A model generated the notes under the pieces. It was not told where the DNA came from. It saw only the letters and a program-made list of their open reading frames with translations, and ran no database searches. DNA of 63,047 nucleotides, the filler included, from Cercozoa sp. M6MM (taxonomy: Eukaryota > Protista > Endomyxa: Ascetosporea): assembly GCA_040357565.1 (NCBI GenBank). It is 8 parts of 8 records of this genome, joined end to end, with 100 filler letters (N's around TTAATTAATTAA, not from the genome) between each part and the next. Parts side by side here need not be neighbours in the genome. Positions count along the whole stretch, not along the records: positions 52,930 to 57,262 come from JBDODJ010001168.1; positions 57,363 to 63,047 come from JBDODJ010000865.1; 6 more parts are not named here. One strand, 5' to 3'. Shown here in pieces: positions 54,143-63,047 of the stretch (position 1 is its first letter; each line of letters begins with the position of its first letter). A program made the translations under genes and the position numbers.

Positions 54143-55203
54143 ATGAAGCTACTCGCTGTCTTGGCGCTCGCTGCGAGTGCGAATTCGGTTTCAGGTATCT
54201 GATCACTTTTGTTGCAACCCTAAACTTCTTCTCAGGGTAAAAGTGTCGAGACCTAAACTGGTACTTAAGCTTGCTGCTTCCATCATCTTCAGGCTGTCAA
54301 CGGTCGTCATGCGGACGGGGTCCCAGTATGCCGCCTTGCAACTTTGGTTGCGGTATGCCGATGCCGATGTACAACGGCATGCCGATGTCAGGGACGGGGT
54401 ATCAACACGCTCCGCAAGCTTTCGCGTACAACGTTAACGACGATGGCCTGCCGGGCAACTTTGGCCCTGTGGGATACGAATATGGTATGCCGGGTTTCGG
54501 TGGCCCGCCAATGCAAATGCCGGGTTTCGGTGGCCCGTCCTACGAAACTGTAGGCGACGGCGACGAGTGCCAGATGCGTCGTTCCAAACCTGTCGCCGAG
54601 ATTCAGGTACACTGTCAGAAACGTCGTAAACTACGAGAAAGTTAATCGTGCAAACGGGATGCCACAATTTAGCACGCAGAATCGACAAAGGAGTTTGACG
54701 CAATCATCTCCAAAGCTCGAGGTTCTGTCGTAGTCGACTTCTTTGCCGATTGGTGCGGACCTTGCAAGGTCGTAGCGCCCCAGTTCCAGGAGCTTGCGAA
54801 TGTGAGTTTGCATTTCTGTTTCGACCTGTCCCGCACCGCTAACCGTGCAGGAAAATCCCGAGGTGACGTTTGTGAAAGTGAACGTCGACCGAGTTGACGA
54901 GGATCCTGTCAGCCTGGGGATTGTCGGCTTTGAGGTCTCCTCGATGCCGACGTTTGCCATCGTCGACACAAAGACAAAGGTACAGTTTAACGTTTACGTT
55001 AAAATCAGTCGGCGCGGGATACTGGATGTCGGACCGCGCATTTCATCGGGTAGGTGGCACAACGAGTGATCAAAGGTGCCTCGAAAATCCAGGGTAATTT
55101 TACTGTTTGTAGTATTTTTTAAATTATTTTTTCATTTGTGACGACAGAGCTGGCGGAGATTGTGCGCCAAGTTGCTGAGGATATTCGTGAAAACCGCGCA
55201 TAG
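54143..55203 (+). CDS. Thioredoxin (WCGPC) with signal peptide and Gly/Pro/Met-rich N-terminal region
   Basis: MKLLAVLALAASANSVS; VVVDFFADWCGPCKVVAP; FVKVNVD; SSMPTF. Confidence 0.88.
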
Positions 55204-55740
55204 AAATGTCGACAGCTAGTAGCACCGTGACTTCACATTAGCTTTATGCACTGGCGGCAGCGGGCCGTCCCATCTTTTAGTAATTTCGATTGATGGTTCT
55301 ATTTAAACAACTAAGCGTCGGATGCCTATCGTTGCGGCCGGATGCCTATCGTTTCAAGACGGTCCGCAGGAAGTCAACCCGGGGTGAGAGGTGGCGATCT
55401 CCGGAGAAAGTGGCGACAGATGCAACCGACGAGCTCCCGACACTAGACTCGTCTGACTTGGCTGTGAAGGCGTTCACTTTCGACGCTCAACGCAACGATA
55501 CGACAGTGTACGGAGATGGGGTGCGCCTTGTTGTCGTAATATCGTGCTGCTAGTACCTCAGCGGCTTTAACAGTGCGTGCTTGAGTCTTCACGGCATGGA
55601 AATGCAAGCAAATTAAGCGAGACGAGAACGGGACTTCAGTCGAGTTCGGATTGTTAAAGTTCAAGCGAAGGTGACATGACCGAACTGCTTGAACGCGACG
55701 TGAAAACGGAACAAAGCGAAACGGAATCGCCTCTGATGCA

Positions 55741-56460
55741 TCAAGTCCGCCGGGCAGGTTCCGGTTGTGGAGTGTCACAGCGTGTGCTCCACGGAATTTC
55801 CATCTTTTTCATCAGTAATGCCGCCAACGCATGCACCTCTGTACGTATACCATCAATGAGAGACAAACCAAGTTGAACGATGGAGAGAGTAGAGTACGCG
55901 CGTTGTTGTGTAGGTGAAACCGCAGCGCACCAACAACATTTTTCGACAACAAGACACGTCTCACGGATCTGTAAAAGCAGACATAAAAAGCGTATTCATT
56001 TAAAAACTTGAGACAGAGTACTTTCGAAGCTCTTTATCTTGAAGCATCGCGTTAACGTCATCGCAATCTAAACAAAAAGAAAACAAAGTGAACACAGTCG
56101 ACGGGGCAGACGGGGTTGCACTAAGCAAACTCACCGAGTTTCGACAAGTGTTCGTCAGTCAACTTGGACACAACCTTCTCTTTCGTGTCGTCGCCGTTTT
56201 TGCTGCTGATGTCGGGTTCGTCCGCACTGGCTAGGCGACGCCTTTTTGCAGGAGGTTGCACCTGTGACATCAGTGTCTGCTGAACGGGCGCCTCGCATGT
56301 TTCGCGATGAATGCGACAGCACTTGCCCGAACAGCTACAATGCACAGGGGATATATCACGCCATTTAAATAGAAAATGCGAACAAGTGACGGTACTAGTT
56401 CGCGCGGCAAGTCGCACATCGATACTTGGCGCCATCTTTTTTGCACACGACACACTCCAT
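55741..56460 (-). CDS. ZNHIT3: zf-HIT protein, ZNHIT3/Hit1-like (box C/D snoRNP assembly)
   Basis: MECVVCKKDGAKYRCATCRANYCSGKCCRIHRETC; helical C-terminal domain LTDEHLSKL..VNAMLQDKELRK. Confidence 0.8.
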
Positions 56461-56573
56461 GGTTTTTACCACGTTGATCGATTAAATCCCAGACTCGCAC
56501 ACTCTAAGGCTGTACCGCGTAATGTAAGCTCACAAGAACAGATTATTTTTGTGGTGGATCAGTGTTTTATAAA

Positions 56574-57148
56574 ATGGCGTTGATGTTATCACTCCAGCGG
56601 CGCGCTGTCTAAACACCCAGTTGAGTTACCCTGGCGAGGTTTACTTCTGTGCTAATGTACAGCCTGTGGCATGCGGCCAGGGTTGGCGATTTGGAGTTAC
56701 TCTCCAGGATCTTGGCGCAGAGCCCCGAAGAGGTACTGTATTACTGTCCTCAGAATCCCGGTTGGGTTATGTCGAATGAGCAGGTTGATTTGCGTAATGA
56801 ACATGGTGAAACGCCGCTCCATGTGGCCGCGACGTTCGGAGAGCACGATGCTGCAGTACCACATTTATTGGGAAGGGGTAGGTTTAAAGGATAGGTAAAA
56901 TGGGAGTTCTCAGGCACTGCTCCTGCGACGTGGTGCGGATGTAAACGCCCTAGATGCCGAGTCTCAGTGGACACCGCTGCATCGCGCGCTGTACCGCGGC
57001 AATCTACGCGTTGCTCGCACCGTACATTTTGCAACTCACACTCACACCTCGTATTATTGTGTTAACCCATCAGCTCGCGCAAGACGCGCGCTGCGACTGG
57101 CACATTCGCGACAAGAGCGGCGTCGTGCCTGTGCTGCTTCTGCCGCAT
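56574..57148 (+). CDS. Ankyrin-repeat protein (IBTK-like N-terminus), truncated
   Basis: LWHAARVGD; GETPLHVAATFG; DVNALDAESQWTPLHRALYRGNLRVA. Confidence 0.75.
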
Positions 57149-57164
57149 GTAGTACCAGCTAAAA

Positions 57165-57262
<98 letters not shown>

Positions 57263-57362
57263 NNNNNNNNNNNNNNNNNNNNNNNNNNNNNNNNNNNNNN
57301 NNNNNNTTAATTAATTAANNNNNNNNNNNNNNNNNNNNNNNNNNNNNNNNNNNNNNNNNNNN

Positions 57363-58644
57363 AGGGGTGTAAAGAGGGTGAGGGGAAGAGGGGGGGGGGG
57401 TAAAACCAGCAGTTGCTGCAGCAGCAGGCCAGCGATGACGTAGTCGTCCGACGAGGCGCGGCCGTCCAGCACACTGCTGGCCACGGCGTACACCAGCGCC
57501 ACCGGATTCCGCCGGGCCTCGGCCTTGTTAGACTCTACAGGGTGGGGGGTAAGGGGTTAAGGGGGTGGGAACGAGGGTAAGGGGTTAAGAGGCAGGAGGT
57601 AAGAGTGTAGGGGAGAAGGAGGTCTACCGGACTGCTGCGCGGCCAATTCGAACTGCGCAAAAGTGCCGTCGCCGAACTGCATCACGTTGTGCAGCACCCA
57701 TGCCAGCGTACGCAGTGACGCGTCATCATGTGCCTCCTCCTGCGGCACACCACCCCAGAGTACTCCCTTTACCCCCCCAGTTTACCCCCCCCCCCTACCC
57801 CTCCAGTGTTACCTGTGACTGCTGGCGTCGCAGTTGCGCCGCCGCAAAGGAACGCTGCCAGGCCGCCACGGCCAGCGGCAGCAGCTGCCACACTTCGGTC
57901 GGCAACGCCGCTCCTATAGGCGGGTAAGGGGGTAGAGAGGTAAGGGTGTGTGGGGGGGGGGGGGTAAACATACGCGAGGCCACCGGGCGGCACGACAGCG
58001 CCTCCAGCAGCGCCAGTGCGTCCTGCAAAAAATCGTCGCGCGCCGCACTGAACAACGCACGCAGCAGCGGCGCCTGCCGGGGAGGGGGGTCAATAGGAGT
58101 CGGGGTATAAGAGAAGGTAAAGTGGTGTGTGGGTGTGAGGTAAAGAGGGGGTATAGAGGGGTAAGGTACCAACTGCACAGCCAGCGACTTGATACCACCG
58201 GCCGACGGCACCGACAGCGCACATGCGCGCACGATCTCGCACATGGCTCGCAGACACTCGTACGCTCTCTGGGGAGAGGCAAAGGGGTAGAAGGTTGGAG
58301 GGGGGAGGGGGTAAAGACACACACCTGCTGCTGCGACGAGTCGGCGAACGAGTGCCGGAACAACAACGTCAAACGACGCAACAATTCGGGCGCATACGGA
58401 ATCATCTCCTGCAACGGGGGGGGGGGGGGGTAAAGACGGTAAGGTAAGAGATAAGGGGGTATACTTCGCCCAGAAGGTCGGCCAGTCGCGCCAGCACCGA
58501 CACGGCGAGTCGCGAGGCACCAGCACCTAGGGGGGGGGGGGGGGNNNNNNNNNNNNNNNNNNNNNNNNNNNNNNNNNNNNNNNNNNNNNNNNNNNNNNNN
58601 NNNNNNNNNNNNNNNNNNNNNNNNNNNNNNNNNNNNNNNNNNNN

Positions 58645-58684
<40 letters not shown>

Positions 58685-59294
58685 ACCCTGCATGTCCTGC
58701 ACGAGTTGCAGCAGTCGCTGCAGCAGCACCGGCAAGTGCGGTCGCAGCAGCGGCAGGAGGACGCCTATAGCCACACCCCAAGTCCATGTGTACCACAGTC
58801 CAGGTCCATATGTACATGACGATCCATATGAACGCCTGTGTGTACCTGCATGTCGCGTGCCCTCTTCGCAGTGTAGCGTCAGTGCCGCCACCGTCTGCAC
58901 GTGACAGTTTACCCCCGTCTTTACACCCCCCTCTTTACCCTAAGATACCTTGGCAGCCTCGAGTCGCACAAACGGCGCCGGATCGGCCAGCGACCTGTCC
59001 ATGCGCACCTTTGCCCCCACTTTACCCCCCATTTCCCAGAGAGAACTTACGCAGCCACACCGAGAACGACCTGCTCGCTCAGCGACGCCGGCATTCGCAG
59101 GCGCGACAACTGCCATGTCAGGGGGTAAAGGGGTAACGGGGGGGGGGGGGGGCGAAGGGGGGGGTAAACCTGCGCAATGGTCCACAGGGCGCGCGCGCGC
59201 ACAAAGGGCGCCGACGAGGCCGACTGCGCCGCCGCCGCCGACAGTTCCGGCAGCGCCGCCTGTGCGATCACGAAGCGCGCAAAGTCGCCCCTGT

Positions 59295-59349
<55 letters not shown>

Positions 59350-59354
59350 CGTGC

Positions 59355-59405
<51 letters not shown>

Positions 59406-62132
59406 CGTGTGTGTGTGTGGCGTGTGTGTGTGAGAAAGAGAGGGGGGGGGGGGTAAAACTACAGTTGGCGTGCTTGCGCCGCGCCGTCACCGCCGACACG
59501 TTGCTCGGCCTGTGCGTACATTTGGTATCTTTACCCCCTTACCCCGATATTGAAGCGAGTATACCGACATCAAAACGGCAGCCAGAGCTCCCACCAGACG
59601 CAGTGCAGCCTCCTGTGCAGTTATACCCCCCATTTAGCCCCCCCCTGTTTACCCCCCTAGGGCGAAGTCTACCTTCTCCAAGGCGGCCTGCGAGTCGCGC
59701 GCGACGACCTCGCCACAGCGGCGCAGCGTGCCGTCCAGCCAGTTCAGCACGAGGCCCAGCGTGTCGCGCGTGCGGATGCGCACCAGGTTCACCACGAACC
59801 TGTCCAAGCGGAGGGGTAAAGGGGTGGGGTGGGGGTAAGAAGGGAGGTACCGTTGCGCAGCAGCGCGCGGGTCGCGCCACTCGTGAAACGCCGCCAGTGC
59901 GTGCGCGCGTCCGAAGGCATCGGCATCGGCCGCCAACAACGCCGCGTCGGCCACCGTCGGCGCCAGTGCCCGCGCCGCAGCCGCTCTGCCCGGGAGAGGT
60001 AAGAAAGGTAAGGGTAGGGTAAGAGGGTAGGGTAAGGGGGTAGGGGGGTAGGGGGTGTACCGCAACAGCGTCTGCAGCTGCGGCCGCAGTGCCTGCGAGT
60101 AGACCTCACCGGCCTGTACCGCCAGGTCCAGTAGTTCAAACAGGCACAACAAGGCGCGTCGCGACAACAACGCCTGCGGCGCATGCGTCTTCCGCTGCTG
60201 CGCCTGCGCGGGGGGGAGGGTAAAGTAAAGGGCGTGGGGGGTAGGGTAAAGCACCAAAGCCAACGCATGCCTCGCCGCCGTGGCACGGTCCAACGACGCT
60301 GCCGACGGGTGCGCCATGTGCACAAACACCACGCCTTCGGCGTACTCGCGCACCAGCGGCATCACGCACCTGCGGGGAGGGGTGAAGGAGGTACGGGGGT
60401 AACAGGGAGGTAAATGGTGTACGAGCAAGAGGGGAGGGGGTAAAAGCCTACCACTCCACAATAGGCAGCGCGTAGTGGCCGCGCCAGCGCACCGCGAAAT
60501 CGTCCGCCACGTCACCGCGACCGAAATTTCGCCACAGCTGCGCCAGGAGTCGCAGCGCCGTCTCCTGCGCGTGGGAGTAAAATGAGGTAGGGGAAGGGGA
60601 GGGGTGAGAAAAGGGGAGGTGGGATGGGGCAAAGGGGTAACAGGGTCAGGCGGGGGGGGGGGCCCAAAGCAATACCTGACAGTCGGCCAGGAGACTGCTC
60701 ATGTCGTTCAGCGGCAGTGCAGCGCGCTGTGTCAGCACGCCTTGCACCAGTTGTAGCCACCGCTCCAACATCGCACACTGGTGCTGCACGAAGCACTCGC
60801 GCAGCCTGCCGGGCGTTTGAGGGGGGTAAGATGGAGGGTGGGGGGGGGGGGTAAAACTACCACCGACCGCGCAGAGCGTGTCGCACGCAGTGCAATGCAG
60901 CGCAGCACGAACGCAGCGCCGCCTGCGACGGCATATGCTGCGCCTGCAGCAGCTGCTTCACAAAGGCGCCTGTCCAGTCAAACCGGGGGGTAAAGAGGTA
61001 AAGATATGGAAAGAGGGGGTAAAGGGGGGCAAAGGAGGTAAAGCGGGTAAGCACCAACAGGCGGCAGCAGCTCCTGCGCCAGTTTGCTCAGCGACTGCGC
61101 CTGCGCGTCCGTCTCGCGATCGCCGTGCGCCTTAGGTATGGGAGGAGGTAAAGGGTGTTAAGGGTAGGGTGGGGAAAGACCAGCCGACTACCAGGTCCTC
61201 CTCGACGTCGGCGAGAGCGGCAAAGACGGCTTGCATCGCCTCCAGCACGCGCGCCAGCGCTTCTTCGTCGCCACGCGCCGCACTCGACGCCTGCGCCTCC
61301 AATAGCTGCGCCGCCAAGACAGATAGTGATTGGGGGAGGATATGGAGGTAAAAGCCTTACTTGCGGCAGTAGTTGTGACCAGCGTGCACTGCGCCATTCC
61401 TGTAGAGCAGGGGGGGGGGGGGAGGGGGGGAAAGAGGTAAGATGGAAGGCAATACCTGTTTGGTAAGTGAGGCGATGACTTCGAGCAGTTGCGCGCGCAC
61501 CACTCCTGACGGCTCCGCTAGCTGCACAGCACAATTTTGGGCCCGGGTTTTGTTGCGTTGGCCCTTTTCCCCCCCTCACACCTTAGATCCCGTAACGAGA
61601 ACGAGATTGGCGCGAATCTGCGTTTTGTCGACCTCGCCAAGCGCCTTCTCGCCGTACCACCGACGAATGCATGAGTGCTACAGACAGGCATAGCACAAGG
61701 GACAGAGGGGCAAAGGGGAGTAAAGCACCTTGACACGCAGTGAGGCAGCTTGGCGCACCGGCACTGGCACATCGTTGTGCTGCCACACAGGACAGAAAGT
61801 ATGGGAGGAGCGAGGAGTCAAGTGAAGGGCAAAAGGGGTAAATGGGTAAAACTTTAAAGCTACTTGTGTGCACAGCGAAAGCAGCGACGCCACAAAGTTC
61901 GGCTGCTGCTCCCACGCGAACAACGAGCGCTCAGCAGCCAAACGCTCCTCTTCCGAGCGCGCATTGAACGTCGACGTCAGCACTGTCACACATACACACT
62001 CGTACTCAGCCACACAGACTTAACACCTTATAAGCACACTGCACGTCGGATCGCGTCCGCGCGGAGGGTGCAAACAAGGAGGAAAACAAACAAACCACGA
62101 ACAATGTCGTCGCGCGAGACGTTGTTGCTCAT
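57363..62132 (-). CDS. Importin-7/8 family karyopherin, 3' truncated
   Basis: IBN_N-type RLAAERSL..VRQAASLRVK; FVRARALW; VRLEAA; EMIPYAPEL; EVWQLLPL; LHNVMQFG. Confidence 0.8.
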
Positions 62133-62563
62133 TTTTGTTTTTGAAGGCCAGAAAGATGTGAGACTCACAGAAAGCGCACACAACCTTTACACGAGGTTGA
62201 GCACTTGCTGGCTGCACTCACTAAGCAGGCCCTTGACTTGCACGAAACGCCACGATCGGTCACTGATTGGCACTCCGCCCAGGAGGTCGCAGAGCGTACA
62301 CGTTGGTAGAAGGCACTACTGACAGAGTATGCACACCCTCGCTCCGTGTGAAGTGACGCGTGGTGCTTGCTGGAGAACAAGTTGATGTTTTTTCAAAACT
62401 GACCCCCAAGGACAAAACAATCACTCATGGAACGATACGGCTGACCGCTCGGTCTAGTTGAGAGCCGATTGGCCGTTGTAGTCGCGGTTTTTGTCTGTGC
62501 AGACAAGGAAACGCGCCCGGAAGCTGCTAGCTGGTCGATTAGAGCACAAATAATTGCAAAACG

Positions 62564-62872
62564 ATGGGCCATATCTTCGTTTATTCGCTTCCAAGCTGCA
62601 AGCACTGCCGGTGTGTTCCTTGATTTCCCGTAGTCGCGGTGTTATGCTTTCATAAGTAGACGCGCCAAAGCGCTTCTCGAGGAGCTGTCGCTTCCTTTCG
62701 TGGAGATCGACGTGCATGCTCTGCCGCATCGCCGCGCAGAGGCCAAGGTATCTGCCAACATGGTGTATGTACTACCTGCTGTATCCATGCACGTGCACAG
62801 CGACTGTCGGGCAGTGCTACGGTGCCGCAGATCTTTCTGAACAACGAGCTCATCGGCGGCAACGACGCTCTG
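62564..62872 (+). CDS. Glutaredoxin-domain protein (GRX_DEP-like N-terminus), truncated
   Basis: MGHIFVYSLPSCKHCRRAKALLEELSLPFVEIDV...SGSATVPQIFLNNELIGGNDAL. Confidence 0.8.
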
Positions 62873-63009
62873 CGTGTGTTTGTGTTTGACTCTGGGTTTG
62901 ATGAGTTGGCTGTGTTTGTGTGTGTGTGGGTGCGTGTGTATGTGTGTGTGTGTGTCTGTGTGTGTCTGTGTGTGTTTGTGTGTGTCTGTGTGTGTCTGTG
63001 TGTGTCTGT

Positions 63010-63047
<38 letters not shown>

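Noticed and set aside
55319-55353. Short direct repeat CGGATGCCTATCGTT x2
   Set aside because: Isolated local duplication with no other copy seen

Overview
Intron-dense, gene-dense eukaryotic (protist-type) nuclear DNA in the standard genetic code. The window is not one locus: eight contigs are joined by artificial 100-nt N-TTAATTAATTAA-N linkers, and most contigs break inside (GT)n or poly-G intron repeats. Manual GT-AG splicing (introns mostly ~45-100 nt) recovers about 27 genes or gene fragments. These include SmG, MTG1, SRP40, a PX-AGC kinase, a TALE homeobox, V-ATPase subunit a, a MOK-like kinase, myotubularin, an mtHsp70-like protein, an amino-acid transporter, tandem coronin, an XK-related protein, thioredoxin, ZNHIT3 and importin-7/8. 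Most genes sit in tight head-to-head pairs. The most unusual signals are: (1) gene-body introns filled with recurring DNA-level motifs, namely (T)TA-C4-12 arrays in either orientation and a 12-bp palindrome GTMCA-NN-TGKAC; (2) a TALE factor with a PBX-like PBC domain but a WFIN/BELL-type homeodomain; (3) a mitochondrial DnaK-type Hsp70 lacking its catalytic residues; (4) a BAR-GRAM-myotubularin fusion; (5) a ~100-nt structured element found in two convergent intergenic regions. Gene models and family calls were made by eye from remembered motifs. No database search was run, and exon boundaries are approximate.
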